NCBI GenBank assembly: GCA_002307095.1
Contig: DBTO01000125.1
Location: 1-34,773, forward strand
Direction of reading: 5' to 3'
From: Sulfurospirillum sp. UBA1314
GTDB lineage: Bacteria > Campylobacterota > Campylobacteria > Campylobacterales > Sulfurospirillaceae
DNA: 34,773 nucleotides
The notes under the pieces were generated by a model. It did no database searches. It was not told where the DNA came from and saw nothing but the letters and a program-made list of their open reading frames with translations. Every line of letters starts with the position of its first letter. Position 1 is the stretch's first letter. Shown here piece after piece: positions 1 through 12,279 of the stretch. Made by a program: the position numbers and the translations under genes.

Positions 1-3000
1 CGATTACAGGAACCAATGACCAACCAATAGTAAGTGATGTAACGCTTTCACAAGATGAAGCATTAAGTGGAACCAATACTTTCGAAGGTACATTGACTGC
101 AACCGATGCGGATGTTCATGATGGACATACGTTCTATGCGGTAATGGGTAGCGGAGACATGGGAAATAGCGTTAGCTATGAAGTCAATTCACCTGCTGAG
201 ATTAGTGTCGATAGCATTGTTGTCAATACCAATGGTACCTACACTGTAACGGGAGACTTTAATACTTTAGCTGCTGGTGAGACGGCAACCGTGACATTCC
301 AATACTACACCGTTGATAGTAGTTCAACGCAAGCCAATGGTGAGTCTAACACGTCTGTGCCTGCAACCATTACCCTTACGATTACAGGAACCAATGACGC
401 ACCTGTTATTTCAGCCGATAGCCAAATCACAGGCACAGCCTCTGAAGCAGGTAACGCGGATAATGGTGATGTTGTAGCAGCGATCCAAGCAACAGGAACA
501 GTGGTTGCAACCGATGTCGATCACAATGCAACCCTTTCATGGTCAGTCGATGAGACATCAACACCTTCTACTGGAATCTATGGAACTTTTGCAATTGATG
601 CCACAACGGGTGAATGGACCTATACGGTTGATTCAACCACTGGCTCAGCGGCAGATAAATTAGCAGAAGGACAAAGTGTTACAGAGACATTTAGTGTGGT
701 TGTGACCGATGACCAAGGTGCTACGGATACCCAAGTTGTGACGATTACGGTTAATGGAACCAATGATTCTCCTATTATTTCAGATACCAGTACAATCCTA
801 GGTACCGCCTCTGAAGCAGGCAATAAAGATAACGGTACCGTTGTTGATGCTATTGCGGCAACAGGAACGCTTAGTGCAACCGATGTCGATAATGGTGCAA
901 CCCTTACATGGTCCGTTGATGAGACAACAACACCTTCTACTGGAACCTATGGAACCTTTGCCATTGATCCAGTAACAGGCGCATGGACCTATACGGTTGA
1001 TTCAACCACAGGCTCAGCTGCTGATCAATTGGCTGAAGGCGAAACTGCCTCTGAAACATTTACCGTTCTTGTAACCGATGAATTTGGTGCAACCGATACT
1101 CAAGTTGTGACGATCACAGTTAACGGTACCAACGATTCACCGGTCGCTGTTGCGGATGTTAACAGTGTTAAAGAGGCTGGGACTAATCCTTTCTTTGATA
1201 CGGAAGGACAAGCATTTGCTACAGGTAGTCTTCTCTCAAATGACTCTGATGTGGATGGCGATGCAAATCCAGAAATAGCACTGGATGTCATTAAAATCGT
1301 TTCAGATAGCACAGGTTCTAGTGATACAACGGCTACTTTAGGACAGTTAAATGTGAATGGTGCTTATGGCGTTTTAGTTGTTGACAAAGAGAGCGGTGAT
1401 TACACCTATATTCTTAACAATTACAATACAACCGTTAATGCACTCAACGAAGGTGATAGCGTTGTCGATACCTTCACCTATACTATTACCGATGCGAACG
1501 GTGCTACCGCAACAGCCACATTAAGTATCACTGTCAATGGAACCAATGATGCTCCTGTTATTTCTGGAACCATTTCAGGAACGGCAAGTGAAGCGGGTAA
1601 TTATGATGATGGTAGTATCAAAGCCGCAACCGTTGCGACAGGAACATTGTCTGGCAGTGATGTTGATAATACGGATCTTACATGGTCTATTAGCGGAAGT
1701 GCTACCAAAACATATGGAACATTTGCGATTGATTCTGTAACCGGTGTATGGACGTATACGGTCGATGCAACCACAGGTTCTGCAGCCGATAAATTAGCTG
1801 AGGGACAAGTAAGATACGAGACCTATACAGTTGTTTTAAGTGACAATGAGTCAGCCAATCCTAAAACAGATACGCAAACCATTACGATTAAAATTGTCGG
1901 TACCAACGATGCTCCTGTTATTGCGGAGACAAACATTACGGGGACAGCGCATGAAGCAGGCAATCTTGATGATGGCTCTGTCGTAGCCGCTATTCAAGCA
2001 ACAGGAACATTGGTTGCAACAGATGTCGATAATGGCGCAACGCATACATGGTCTATTAGTGGTAGCACAGCAGGGACTTATGGTAGTTTTGCCATTAATT
2101 CACATACGGGTAAATGGGTCTATACGGTTGATGCAACCACTGGCTCTGCCGCTGATAAATTGGCTGAAGGTGAGAGCAAAGTAGAAACATTTACCGTTGT
2201 GGTCACAGATGATAAAGGTGCAACCGATACACAAGTAGTCACTGTGACAGTGGTTGGAACCAATGATGCACCAATTATTGCAGGTACAACCACAGGAACA
2301 GCTTATGAAGCAGGCAATACGAGTGATGGCTCTGTCGTAGACGCCATTCAAGCAACCGGTACATTGACTGCGACAGATGTGGATAACGGCGCAACGCATA
2401 CATGGTCTATTAGCAGTAACACAACAGGAACGTATGGCAGTTTTGCTATCGACGCAACGACAGGCGAATGGGTCTATACGGTTGATGCAACCACAGGTTC
2501 TGCTGCCGATAAATTGGCTGAGGGTGAGAGTAAAGTAGAAACATTTACAGTGGTAGCTACGGATGAGTACGGCGCAATTGACACACAAGTCGTCACCGTG
2601 ACAGTAATTGGGACCAATGATGCGCCAGTCTTGACCTCTTCAACAGCATTAAGTTTTAGTGCTACAGAGGACAATGCGCTCGATTCTGGAAGCTACAGTG
2701 GCAATATCGGTATCAGTACGCTTGCAACCGATGTCGACCATAATGCAGTGCTTCATATCAGCCAAGTCAATGGCGATGCCGTTTCTGCAACGGATGGTTA
2801 CGATACAACCGTAACATTTACCTACGTTGATAAAGATGGCGCGAATGCAAGCTTTGAAGCAAGTTTACATGTAAACCAAGATGGCACCTACACCATTACC
2901 AATGAGAGCGATCTCAATCCTCTTCCCGGTGGCGTTAATGCAACGGCATCATTGAACTTTACGATTGCCGATGAGCATGGCGCAGAAACAGCAGCTAAAA

Positions 3001-6000
3001 TGGTGAATTTGACGATTACAGGCGATAATGATGCTCCAACTACGGATACTGTCACATTGGCTTCTATTGCTGAAGACAGTGGAGCCTATATTATTACGCA
3101 AGCAGATCTTCTTGCTAATGCCAACGATGTCGATAGTACGCATTTAACTGCAACAGACCTTGCAATTAGCAGTGGAAATGGTACATTGGTCGATAATCAT
3201 GATGGTACATGGACGTATACTCCAGCCGAAAATGACGATACCGATGTAAACTTTAGTTATACAATCAGTGATGGTGACAAAACGGTTGATGGCAGCGCAA
3301 CGCTCGATATTACACCAGTCAATGATGTCCCAACGACAGAAGCAGTAACGCTTGCAGCGATTGCAGAAGATGTTGCAGGAGGACGCATTATCACACAAAC
3401 TGAATTACTTGGAAATGCTAGTGATGTGGAAAACAATAACCTCACTGTAACAGACCTTGCAATTAGCAGTGGAAACGGTACATTGGTCGATAATCATGAT
3501 GGTACATGGACGTATACACCAGCTGAAAATGATGATACAGAAGTAAGCTTTAGCTATACCATTACAGATGATGGCACGACAAATGGTGTATCTGACCCAT
3601 TATCGGTAACAGGCAGTGCAACACTCGATATTACTCCAGTTAATGATGCCCCTGTGCTTGATCTTAATGGTGTTGATCAAACTTATACCGAATCTTTTGA
3701 AGGACTTATTGGTTCTTCAGGTTGGACGATTCTATCAAGCTCAACCTTTGCAGGAGATAATGGTATTGAGTGGATAACAACAGGGCATAATTTAGAGGTA
3801 CAAAATAACGGTGTTACCGTTGATGCGACTGATGGGCATGCCTTAGCAGAACTTGATTCCGATGGTTTGGTAACACTCTCCAGCAATCTTACCTTAACCG
3901 ATACGACAGCAACATTAGCCTTTGATTATCATACCCGCCCTGGCTCTGAGAGTGATAGCAGTATGAAAGTCACTTTAGGTAGTGAATCGTTTGATCTAAG
4001 TTATACAAGTGAAGGAGTGCTCGCCATTACCAATGTGAGTGATGGCTTAACTGTCAGTTATACATATAATGCTACAACAGGTTGGTACAGTATCAGCGTC
4101 ACGGCTATGGGACTTAGTGTCGGTGAAAATACTCTATCGTTTGAAGGAACAGGTATTTCAAATGCTTTGGGTGCTCTTTTGGACAATATCGCTCTTAAAG
4201 CTAATACTGACACTGGCTATGAAACAAGCTACACTGAAAATGGTACAGGTGTTTCTATCGTCGATCATGACGTGAGCATTAGTGATGTAGATGATACCCA
4301 TATGGAAAAAGCGACCATTACGCTTACCAATACGAAAGAGGGAGATAGCCTAAATATTGGTACTTTACCGAGTGACATTACTGCAACTACATCGACGGAT
4401 ACCAATGGAAATATTGTTGTCACTTTAAGTGGTAGTGCAACATTGGCTGAGTACCAAGATGCGTTCAAAGCCATTACCTATGCAAGCAGTAGTGAAAATC
4501 CTGATACAACAGATCGTGTTATTTCTATCGTTGTAAATGATGGAGACGCTGATAGCAATACAGCATATACGGTTGTACATGTGACACCAGTCAACGATGC
4601 ACCAGAAACCTATACAACAAATAGTAGTGGCAGTGAAAATACAACAACACCAATCAGTGTAACCCTCTCAGGTAGTGATATCGATGGAACGGTAGATCAT
4701 TTCGTGATTAGTACACTTCCAACCAATGGAACACTTTACGCTGATGCTGCAATGACAACAGTAATCGCTGCAGGTGATAGCGTGAATGGAACCGTTTACT
4801 TTATTCCAAGTGCAAATTACCATGGCGATACAACCTTTACCTATGCAGCCGTCGATAATGAAGGGCTTGCAGATACGACACCAGCAACGGCAACTATTAC
4901 GGTAGCTTCTGTCAACGATGCCCCAACGATTACCTTAATACAGGTAAATAACTTTGTCGAAGATGCAAGTAGCAATGTTGTTGGCTCAATCGTTGCGAAG
5001 TATACGACGAGTGATGCTGATAATGATCCTGTTTCTGTAACCCTTAGTGATACAACGCACTATGCGCTGGATGGTCATGGAAATGTGACGTTAACTGCCG
5101 CGGGACTTGCCTTGGTCAATGCCGGTACAGATTTACCAGCCTTTACATTAACACCAAATGATGGAACAATCAATGGTACCGCGGTCAGTGCTGACCCAAG
5201 TGTGACACCAGTCAACGATGCACCAGTGATTACCTTGACACAAGTGAACAACTTTGTCGAAGATGCAAGTAGCAATGTTGTTGGCTCAATCGTTGCGAAG
5301 TATACGACGAGTGATGCTGATAATGATCCTGTCTCCGTAACCCTTAGTGATACAACGCACTATGCGCTGGATGGTCATGGAAATGTGACGTTAACTGCCG
5401 CAGGACTTGCCTTGGTTAATGCCGGTACAGATTTACCAGCATTTACATTAACACCAAATGATGGAACAGTTGATGGAATAGCTGTCAGTGCAGATCCAAG
5501 TGTGACACCAGTCAACGATGCACCAACGTCGACCAATGATACGATTGCCGTTACGGAAGATACGATATATACGCTTCATGCGAGTGATTTTGGTACATAC
5601 CACGATGAAGAGGGTAGCAGTTTGGCTTCTGTTCGTATTGATTCTTTACCAACGAATGGAACGCTTTACCTTGATGGTGTCGCGGTGAGTGCACATGCTG
5701 TGATTTCAATAGCAGATATTAACGGTGGTAAGTTAACCTTTACTCCGACAGGAAACAGTGATGCGGATAGCACCTTTACCTTTAGCGTGAGTGATGGAAC
5801 AGCGTGGAGTGCAACGTCTTACACGACCGATGTTGTGATTACAGCCGTAGCCGATACACCAACAGTAAGCATCTCAGGAACAGGTGTTGTTTCTCAAATC
5901 ATTGATAGCACGAATGCTACAACGACAGGAAATGGCTTTACGATTACTGCACTTCATGAAAATGGTACGGCTAGCACTATTGCTACTAATAGTTCACCTA

Positions 6001-8138
6001 ATGGATTTGGTGTTGCAGGTGCTACTTCGGGTGCTGACAGTGAAATTGGCTATTTGAATGGCAAGTCGGAAACAGTGGATGTTAGATTTGATAATGCCGT
6101 GACATCGATTAGCGTTTCCATTGCGTATTTAAATTCGACTGAAACCTATGGAGTCCATTTCTACCTCAATGGTGTTCTTGTTGGTACGACGACACATACG
6201 GGAGGAAGTGATGGTGTTGAGGCTGCAGTAACGCTTTCTGCAACCAATGGTGCTGCTTTTGATGAAGTCGTATTCTATGCTCCTAACGCATATGATGACT
6301 ATTTGATCCACTCCATTACCTTTGATAAAGAGGTTGCTTCATCAACTGTCACAGTCGATGATACGACAAGGTCAACCGAACTTCATGTCTCTTCTGCTTT
6401 GAGCGATACCGATGGTTCAGAGACATTGAGTACAAGCATTAGCGGTTTAGGCGAAGGATTTGTCTTGACCGATGGTACCCATACGGCTACAGCGGGTAGT
6501 TCCGGAGTTGTCGATATTACGGGTTGGACGCTAAGCACATTAACGCTTACAACGCCGGTCTTTGCTGCGAACGGTACTTATACATTAACCGTTACAGCGA
6601 CATCAACGGAAACATCCAATGGCAATACCGCAACGGCGACTGCAACCGTTAATGTGATTGTGGCAGATAGCAGTGAAGTAAGCGCAGTTGATAATATGGT
6701 AACAGTTGAAACTACGACAACAACGACAGCTACAACGGCAACGGGTGCATGGAATGATAGTGATGGCAATGCCTCTCATGTGAATGTTTCTGGATCATCT
6801 GTGACACTCGATACAAGCAATAGCGGTACTTACGCACAAGTATCTACAACATCTCAAGCCTTTACGATGACAGCGGGTACGGTAAGTGTAACCGTATCGA
6901 ATTTGGGATCTGTTGGAAATAATGATTCGTTTACTGTATCTCTTAATGGTACAGCAACGACGTTTACAGCAAATGTGAGTGGACCAAACACAACATGGAC
7001 ATCTTCCAATTCTAATGCAACCTTTAATTCTTCGACGGGTGTTGTGACATTTAGTAATGTAACAGCAGGTTCTAAAACCGTGACCGTTACAGCCAATAAA
7101 CTGGATGCGACGTTCTCAAATTTGAAGTATTCATCGTCTACTACGACAACCACAACCACCTCTTTGGAAAGTTCTGGTTTAGAAGCTGCGGTCGTTTCAG
7201 GTATTATTGTTGGTAATGTTCTTACCAATGATGCTGTAGGCTCAGAAGGGGCGACAATCACACAAATTGATGGCACAAGTGTCAGTGGTACCAGTGCAAC
7301 CGTTACGGGAGATCATGGAACATTAGTGATCAACACTTCAACAGGTGCCTATACTTACACGGTAACCGATACAACGGTTCCAACAACCGGTAGTGAAACC
7401 TTTAGTTATACTCTTGCACAAGCCGATGGTGACACGTCAACTGCTAATTTGACCTTTAATTTTGCAAATGGCAGTAGCGTTACAAATGGCACAAGTGGTG
7501 CGGATACATTGGATTACCATGCAAGTACAACAGGCGTAACCCTTTACGGTGGAGATGGCGATGACCATCTTATCGGTGGATCGGGAGATGATTACCTTTA
7601 CGGAGGAGCAGGTGATGATCACCTTGAAGGTGGTGCAGGCAATGATCATCTTTACGGTGGAGATGGTGTTGATATCCTTGAAGGTGGTGCAGGCAACGAC
7701 TATCTTGATGGTGGCGCAGGAGCGGATAAACTCTACGGTGGCGCTGGAAATGATACCTTGGTTTACGATGCGGCTGATACTGTCATCGATGGAGGAACAG
7801 GAACAGACACCTTACTCATCAATACCAGCGGTACGGTAGATCTAAGCAATGTTGCTGCGATTGCGACCAGTATTGAAGCGCTTGATTTGACAAAAGCCAA
7901 TGTGAATGTCACCAATATCAATGTGGATGATATTATCAAATTGACAGCGGATGATACGACACACGTTCTTAAAATTACAGGCGATGCGAATGATAGCGTC
8001 TCAGGTACAGGATTGAGCGCATCATCCGATACAACCAATCTCGATGCTGGCTACACACGTTATGAAGGTACTGCCACAGATGGTACAAAAGCGTATGTTG
8101 ACGTTCAAGACACCATCGTGCATACTGACTTTCATTAA
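1..8138 (+). CDS. Giant T1SS-secreted RTX adhesin (LapA/Bap-like) with VCBS and cadherin-like repeats; 5'-truncated by the window
   Basis: The frame is open from base 3 ([12 protein letters not shown]...), so the TTG at 93 is not the true start. Repeated GTND(A/S)P and PVNDAP linkers, Thr/Asp/Ser-rich beta repeats, and C-terminal GGxGxDxLx nonapeptides (~7545-7760) followed by a T1SS-type C-terminal tail. Confidence 0.9.
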   Translation, partial: ITGTNDQPIVSDVTLSQDEALSGTNTFEGTLTATDADVHDGHTFYAVMGSGDMGNSVSYEVNSPAEISVDSIVVNTNGTYTVTGDFNTLAAGETATVTFQYYTVDSSSTQANGESNTSVPATITLTITGTNDAPVISADSQITGTASEAGNADNGDVVAAIQATGTVVATDVDHNATLSWSVDETSTPSTGIYGTFAIDATTGEWTYTVDSTTGSAADKLAEGQSVTETFSVVVTDDQGATDTQVVTITVNGTNDSPIISDTSTILGTASEAGNKDNGTVVDAIAATGTLSATDVDNGATLTWSVDETTTPSTGTYGTFAIDPVTGAWTYTVDSTTGSAADQLAEGETASETFTVLVTDEFGATDTQVVTITVNGTNDSPVAVADVNSVKEAGTNPFFDTEGQAFATGSLLSNDSDVDGDANPEIALDVIKIVSDSTGSSDTTATLGQLNVNGAYGVLVVDKESGDYTYILNNYNTTVNALNEGDSVVDTFTYTITDANGATATATLSITVNGTNDAPVISGTISGTASEAGNYDDGSIKAATVATGTLSGSDVDNTDLTWSISGSATKTYGTFAIDSVTGVWTYTVDATTGSAADKLAEGQVRYETYTVVLSDNESANPKTDTQTITIKIVGTNDAPVIAETNITGTAHEAGNLDDGSVVAAIQATGTLVATDVDNGATHTWSISGSTAGTYGSFAINSHTGKWVYTVDATTGSAADKLAEGESKVETFTVVVTDDKGATDTQVVTVTVVGTNDAPIIAGTTTGTAYEAGNTSDGSVVDAIQATGTLTATDVDNGATHTWSISSNTTGTYGSFAIDATTGEWVYTVDATTGSAADKLAEGESKVETFTVVATDEYGAIDTQVVTVTVIGTNDAPVLTSSTALSFSATEDNALDSGSYSGNIGISTLATDVDHNAVLHISQVNGDAVSATDGYDTTVTFTYVDKDGANASFEASLHVNQDGTYTITNESDLNPLPGGVNATASLNFTIADEHGAETAAKMVNLTITGDNDAPTTDTVTLASIAEDSGAYIITQADLLANANDVDSTHLTATDLAISSGNGTLVDNHDGTWTYTPAENDDTDVNFSYTISDGDKTVDGSATLDITPVNDVPTTEAVTLAAIAEDVAGGRIITQTELLGNASDVENNNLTVTDLAISSGNGTLVDNHDGTWTYTPAENDDTEVSFSYTITDDGTTNGVSDPLSVTGSATLDITPVNDAPVLDLNGVDQTYTESFEGLIGSSGWTILSSSTFAGDNGIEWITTGHNLEVQNNGVTVDATDGHALAELDSDGLVTLSSNLTLTDTTATLAFDYHTRPGSESDSSMKVTLGSESFDLSYTSEGVLAITNVSDGLTVSYTYNATTGWYSISVTAMGLSVGENTLSFEGTGISNALGALLDNIALKANTDTGYETSYTENGTGVSIVDHDVSISDVDDTHMEKATITLTNTKEGDSLNIGTLPSDITATTSTDTNGNIVVTLSGSATLAEYQDAFKAITYASSSENPDTTDRVISIVVNDGDADSNTAYTVVHVTPVNDAPETYTTNSSGSENTTTPISVTLSGSDIDGTVDHFVISTLPTNGTLYADAAMTTVIAAGDSVNGTVYFIPSANYHGDTTFTYAAVDNEGLADTTPATATITVASVNDAPTITLIQVNNFVEDASSNVVGSIVAKYTTSDADNDPVSVTLSDTTHYALDGHGNVTLTAAGLALVNAGTDLPAFTLTPNDGTINGTAVSADPSVTPVNDAPVITLTQVNNFVEDASSNVVGSIVAKYTTSDADNDPVSVTLSDTTHYALDGHGNVTLTAAGLALVNAGTDLPAFTLTPNDGTVDGIAVSADPSVTPVNDAPTSTNDTIAVTEDTIYTLHASDFGTYHDEEGSSLASVRIDSLPTNGTLYLDGVAVSAHAVISIADINGGKLTFTPTGNSDADSTFTFSVSDGTAWSATSYTTDVVITAVADTPTVSISGTGVVSQIIDSTNATTTGNGFTITALHENGTASTIATNSSPNGFGVAGATSGADSEIGYLNGKSETVDVRFDNAVTSISVSIAYLNSTETYGVHFYLNGVLVGTTTHTGGSDGVEAAVTLSATNGAAFDEVVFYAPNAYDDYLIHSITFDKEVASSTVTVDDTTRSTELHVSSALSDTDGSETLSTSISGLGEGFVLTDGTHTATAGSSGVVDITGWTLSTLTLTTPVFAANGTYTLTVTATSTETSNGNTATATATVNVIVADSSEVSAVDNMVTVETTTTTTATTATGAWNDSDGNASHVNVSGSSVTLDTSNSGTYAQVSTTSQAFTMTAGTVSVTVSNLGSVGNNDSFTVSLNGTATTFTANVSGPNTTWTSSNSNATFNSSTGVVTFSNVTAGSKTVTVTANKLDATFSNLKYSSSTTTTTTTSLESSGLEAAVVSGIIVGNVLTNDAVGSEGATITQIDGTSVSGTSATVTGDHGTLVINTSTGAYTYTVTDTTVPTTGSETFSYTLAQADGDTSTANLTFNFANGSSVTNGTSGADTLDYHASTTGVTLYGGDGDDHLIGGSGDDYLYGGAGDDHLEGGAGNDHLYGGDGVDILEGGAGNDYLDGGAGADKLYGGAGNDTLVYDAADTVIDGGTGTDTLLINTSGTVDLSNVAAIATSIEALDLTKANVNVTNINVDDIIKLTADDTTHVLKITGDANDSVSGTGLSASSDTTNLDAGYTRYEGTATDGTKAYVDVQDTIVHTDFH
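385..2630 (+). repeat. Tandem ~120-aa VCBS-like repeats inside the adhesin
   Basis: GTND(A/S)P linkers at about 387, 757, 1125, 1539, 1899, 2256 and 2610. Five units share G(T/S)FAI...G.W.YTVD.TTGSAAD.LAEG. Confidence 0.85.
4911..5510 (+). repeat. Near-identical 300-bp tandem duplication (100 aa) in the adhesin
   Basis: gtcaacgatg starts at 4911, 5211 and 5511. Segments 4951-5169 and 5251-5469 differ at only a few synonymous positions. Confidence 0.95.
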
Positions 8139-8773
8139 TGGCTTTTAAAGTCATCCTTGGCTTTCTGCTTTTACATGTAAGCCTTTTTGGAGGGGAGTTT
8201 AAGCTCTCCTCCTCTTTTTTTGCTTCCCTTCCTACTGCCAAATCCAAAGCTATTTTTCATGATTACGAACGTTTTATGAACGAGACGAGCTCCAAACCTT
8301 TACATGTAAAGCTTGACGCGGTTAACTTTTACATCAACGCGTTTGTGGGTGCGTATGATGAACAGACGTACCGCAGCGAGGATTATTGGGCGAGTCGTTG
8401 GGAGTTTTTGGAAAATGGAGGAGGGGATTGCGAAGATTATGTGATCGCCAAGTTTTACACACTCAAAGATTTGGGCATTGACCCTAAAAAAATGGCGCTG
8501 TGCATTGTGCAAGACATGGACAACGGAAGCTACCATATGGTCCTGCTCTTTTTTGAAAAACCCCATACTGAGCCACTCGTGCTTGATAATCTCAGCTTCA
8601 AAATCTTACCCATCAGCAAACGCTATGATTTGAAAGTGAAAGAGTGCATGAACGAAGAGGGCTATTTTAAACTCGAAAACAGTGAACTCGTGCGCAATCC
8701 CTCACGTAGGGGAATCAAAAATTATGTTGAGATGCTCAAGCGAAATCAAAAAGAGTCGCTTTGGCAGCATTAA
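8138..8773 (+). CDS. LapG-like transglutaminase-like cysteine proteinase (BTLCP family), predicted periplasmic
   Basis: N-terminal signal-peptide-like segment. DYWAS..EFL...GDCEDY.IAKF, YHMVL and VLDN give a Cys-His-Asp triad. TAATG overlap with the adhesin stop. Confidence 0.88.
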   Translation: MAFKVILGFLLLHVSLFGGEFKLSSSFFASLPTAKSKAIFHDYERFMNETSSKPLHVKLDAVNFYINAFVGAYDEQTYRSEDYWASRWEFLENGGGDCEDYVIAKFYTLKDLGIDPKKMALCIVQDMDNGSYHMVLLFFEKPHTEPLVLDNLSFKILPISKRYDLKVKECMNEEGYFKLENSELVRNPSRRGIKNYVEMLKRNQKESLWQH

Positions 8774-8864
8774 TGCTTACATGTAAACTACGCACGCGCT
8801 AAAGCAAGACTGAAGAATACTGCTTAATACATAGCCAAACTCCTCACTCAAACCCCTCACTTCA

Positions 8865-8873
8865 TGCTATAAT
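8865..8873 (+). promoter_or_regulatory. Extended -10 sigma70 promoter element for the 8920 operon
   Basis: TGCTATAAT, 46 nt upstream of ATG 8920, with an AAGGA RBS before the start. Confidence 0.6.
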
Positions 8874-8919
8874 ATTTTTACATGTAAAGCGTTTTTACTT
8901 TCTGTTTTAAAGGATTAGT

Positions 8920-11900
8920 ATGTCACTCAAAGTTGTGTTATCGCATAAAACAGAATACCACTACGACCGCTACGTAGCACTCTCACCGCACATCATCCGT
9001 TTGCGCCCAGCCCCTCACAGCAGGACACCCATCGAGGCGTATTCGCTTAAAATAAAACCTGACAACCATTTTATCAACTGGCAACAAGACCCCTTTGGCA
9101 ACTACCTTGCGCGCATCGTGTTTCCTGAAAAGACGAAGGAGCTGTGCATCGATGTGGAGATCATCGCCGATCTCATCACGATCAATCCGTTTGATTTTTT
9201 TGTCGATGAGTACGCGAAAGATTTTCCATTTGTCTATCAAAAAGAGCTTCAAAAAGAGCTGATTCCCTACCTTGAAGAGAGCGAAGATGGCGAGCTACTG
9301 AGAGCTTTTGTGCGCTCACTCGATTGCAAGAAACGCCCCATCATCGACTTTTTGGTCTACCTCAATTCTGCGATCAATCAGCATTTAAACTATACCATCA
9401 GGTTAGAACCGGGTGTGCAAAGCTGCGAAGTGACACTGGGCAATCAACTGGGCAGTTGTCGCGACTTTGCATGGCTGTTTGTTCAGGTGCTTCGTCATTT
9501 AGGGCTTGCAGCGCGTTTTGTCTCAGGCTATTTGGTGCAACTCAAAGCCGATGTCGCTTCCCTTGATGGACCTAGTGGCCCTGAAGCGGACTTTACGGAT
9601 CTGCATGCGTGGACAGAAGTGTATATCCCTGGAGCTGGCTGGGTTGGACTGGATTCAACGAGTGGACTGTTTGCAGGAGAGGGGCACATACCACTAGCCT
9701 GCACACCTTCTTTTGAGAGTGCTTACGCGATAGAAGGTCTGAGTGATCAATGCGAAACCGAATTTGTCTATGACAACACCGTCACGCGCATCTTTGAGTC
9801 ACCGCGTGTCACCAAACCGTACCGTGATGACCAGTGGAATGCCATTTATAACCTAGGTTTTGAAGTCGATAAAGTCCTAGAAGAGGGCGATGTGAGGCTT
9901 TCCATGGGCGGCGAGCCGACCTTTGTTTCTATCGACGATATGGAAGGCGATGAGTGGAATACCAAAGCCGATGGCGGGCACAAACGCACCCTTGCCGATA
10001 CGCTTTCACGAAAACTGTTAAGCTCGTTTACCAAAGGGGGCATGCTCCATTACGCGCAAGGAAAATGGTACCCCGGAGAGCCACTTCCAAGATGGCAAAC
10101 CTCCATCATTTGGCGTAAAGATGGCAAACCCATCTGGCACAATCCAGACCTTCTTGCCGACATGAACGCTGAGTACAGCTACACCAACGAAGACGCCAAA
10201 CGCTTTTTGTCCAAGCTTTCGCTCACCCTTGGTATCAGCGACCAAAACATCGTCGAAGCGTACGAAGATCCGCTCTATTACATCATCAAAGAGTCCGAAC
10301 TGCCCATCGACATCGATCCGATGAAGTCCGATCTCTCCGATTCGTTGGAGCGCCAAACCATCGCGAAAGTGCTCTCTGGGGGGCTGAATAAGCCTGTGGG
10401 TTACGTCCTTCCACTCAATTTTGGAACGACACAATGGATGACGTCAGCGTGGGAACTCAGACGCGGCTATTTGTACCTGAGTGCTGGCAATTCGCCCCTT
10501 GGTTTACGACTGCCCCTAAGCTCTTTGGCTGAAAAACCGCACGCCGAGTTAGCACTCCGTTTTGAGCCAGACCTTTTTGCAAGCTATCCAAACCTTGGTG
10601 AGTATGCAGAAAATGCTCAAAAACGGTGTAAAAAAGCTGACGCAACACTGGCAGAAACCCACACCTTTAACACCTTTGTGCGCACCGCGCTGTGTACGGA
10701 AGTGCGAGAGGGAAAACTTTTTGTTTTCCTTCCACCTCTTAACCACTCAGAGGCTTTTTTAGACCTTATTGCCTGCATTGAAGCGGTAGCAGAATCTTTA
10801 CATGTAAAGGTTGTCTTGGAAGGCTACGAGCCTGCCCATGACCTCAGACTTGATCGTATCAAAGTTACGCCAGACCCCGGTGTCATCGAGGTAAACATCC
10901 AACCTGCTACCTCATGGAAAATGCTCAGCGATAACCTTTTGCTCCTCTACAAAGATGCACGAGAATCGCGTTTGGGAACGGAAAAATTTATGTTGGACGG
11001 CAAACATACGGGCACAGGTGGCGGCAATCACGTCACGATTGGAGCGCTCAAACCCGAAGACAGTCCACTGCTTCGCCGTCCCGATCTGCTTCGCAGTCTT
11101 ATCACCTTTTGGCAGCACCATCCAGGGCTTTCGTACCTTTTCTCAGGCGCCTTTATCGGTCCAACATCTCAAGCGCCTCGTGTGGACGAGGGCAGGGTGG
11201 AAAATCTTTACGAGCTTGAGATCGCTTTTTCGCAGATTCCTGAAAACGAGGAGGTGCCATTTTGGCTGACCGACAGGCTTTTCCGTCATATGCTAACCGA
11301 CATCACGGGCAACACACACCGAAGCGAATTTTGCATCGACAAGCTTTATTCGCCCGATTCCAGCAGTGGACGGCTTGGCATCTTAGAGCTAAGAGCGTTT
11401 GATATGCCTCCGCATGCTCAAATGGCGCTGTTGCAGATGCTTTTGGTACGAACCTTAGTGGCGCTCTTTTGGAAAAAACCGTACAAACATAAACTGGTTC
11501 GTTGGGGCACTCAGCTTCACGATAAGTTTTTGCTAGAGCACTATGTCAAAGAAGATTTACGCGACATTGTCGAATTTTTACAAGCGGAAGGGTATGCGTT
11601 TGAGTTAAACTGGTTCGACCCTTTCTTTGAGTTTCGCTTTCCACTCTATGGCATGACCACGATTGAAAATATGCACCTAGAACTGCGTGCCGCCATCGAG
11701 CCGTGGAATGTCTTGGGCGAAGAGAGTAGCTCACAAGGCACGGCTCGTTATGTGGACTCTTCGTTGGAGCGTGTGCAGGTGAAGGTACAAAACTTCACCC
11801 CTGAGCGCTACACGCTTACATGTAACGCTGTGGCGATTCCCCTAGCCCCCACAGGCATGGAAGGCGAGTTCGTTGCTGGCGTGAAGTACAAAGCGTGGGA

Positions 11901-12279
11901 GCCGTACTCTGCACTGCATCCAACCATCGGTGCCGACACGCCTTTGGTCTTTGACATCGTCGATACATGGAACAAACGCTCCATCGGAGGAATGACCTAC
12001 TTTGTAGCCCATCCAGGAGGTCGAAGTTATGACACCTTCCCTGTGAACAGCTACGAAGCAGAATCCCGTCGTATCAACCGTTTTTGGGACTTTAACCACA
12101 CCCAAGGTGAAGCAGAGTACCAAAGCAGTTCGGTGATACCCCATGTGGTTGAGGGCAGTGAACGCACCGTTGTCGTGCATAAACCCAAAGCGCTCAAACA
12201 GTTTGTGTTTCAAGAACTGCCGATCAGCAGTGAATTTCCACACACCTTAGATCTTAGACGTAAATGGAATGCCAAATAG
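8920..12279 (+). CDS. Transglutaminase-like domain fused to DUF2126 putative amidoligase (COOH-NH2 ligase)
   Basis: N-terminal bacterial transglutaminase-N domain (H.T.Y.Y...RLRP), GSCRD / DLHAW / GLD triad, then MGGEPTFVS, TPDPGVIEVN, TGGGNH and GILELRAF motifs typical of DUF2126. Confidence 0.88.
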   Translation: MSLKVVLSHKTEYHYDRYVALSPHIIRLRPAPHSRTPIEAYSLKIKPDNHFINWQQDPFGNYLARIVFPEKTKELCIDVEIIADLITINPFDFFVDEYAKDFPFVYQKELQKELIPYLEESEDGELLRAFVRSLDCKKRPIIDFLVYLNSAINQHLNYTIRLEPGVQSCEVTLGNQLGSCRDFAWLFVQVLRHLGLAARFVSGYLVQLKADVASLDGPSGPEADFTDLHAWTEVYIPGAGWVGLDSTSGLFAGEGHIPLACTPSFESAYAIEGLSDQCETEFVYDNTVTRIFESPRVTKPYRDDQWNAIYNLGFEVDKVLEEGDVRLSMGGEPTFVSIDDMEGDEWNTKADGGHKRTLADTLSRKLLSSFTKGGMLHYAQGKWYPGEPLPRWQTSIIWRKDGKPIWHNPDLLADMNAEYSYTNEDAKRFLSKLSLTLGISDQNIVEAYEDPLYYIIKESELPIDIDPMKSDLSDSLERQTIAKVLSGGLNKPVGYVLPLNFGTTQWMTSAWELRRGYLYLSAGNSPLGLRLPLSSLAEKPHAELALRFEPDLFASYPNLGEYAENAQKRCKKADATLAETHTFNTFVRTALCTEVREGKLFVFLPPLNHSEAFLDLIACIEAVAESLHVKVVLEGYEPAHDLRLDRIKVTPDPGVIEVNIQPATSWKMLSDNLLLLYKDARESRLGTEKFMLDGKHTGTGGGNHVTIGALKPEDSPLLRRPDLLRSLITFWQHHPGLSYLFSGAFIGPTSQAPRVDEGRVENLYELEIAFSQIPENEEVPFWLTDRLFRHMLTDITGNTHRSEFCIDKLYSPDSSSGRLGILELRAFDMPPHAQMALLQMLLVRTLVALFWKKPYKHKLVRWGTQLHDKFLLEHYVKEDLRDIVEFLQAEGYAFELNWFDPFFEFRFPLYGMTTIENMHLELRAAIEPWNVLGEESSSQGTARYVDSSLERVQVKVQNFTPERYTLTCNAVAIPLAPTGMEGEFVAGVKYKAWEPYSALHPTIGADTPLVFDIVDTWNKRSIGGMTYFVAHPGGRSYDTFPVNSYEAESRRINRFWDFNHTQGEAEYQSSSVIPHVVEGSERTVVVHKPKALKQFVFQELPISSEFPHTLDLRRKWNAK

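Noticed and set aside
93-95. TTG at 93 as the adhesin start
   Set aside because: The frame is open to the window edge and continues repeat-like sequence.
2863-2876. Motif as canonical parS
   Set aside because: It resembles the TTT-N6-AAA layout, but the parS core is TTTCACGTGAAA. The central bases differ and the copy number is far higher than usual for parS.
4577-4583. TACATGT partial match in the adhesin
   Set aside because: It lacks the TT/AA flanks, so it was not counted among the 21 copies.
620-8247. Short antisense and alternate-frame ORFs over the adhesin (and likewise over other long genes)
   Set aside because: Shadow ORFs of biased codon usage, with no recognisable motifs.
8821-8837. 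Possible sigma54 promoter on the minus strand (TGGC...GC)
   Set aside because: GG-to-GC spacing is 11 rather than 10, and it points away from the operon.
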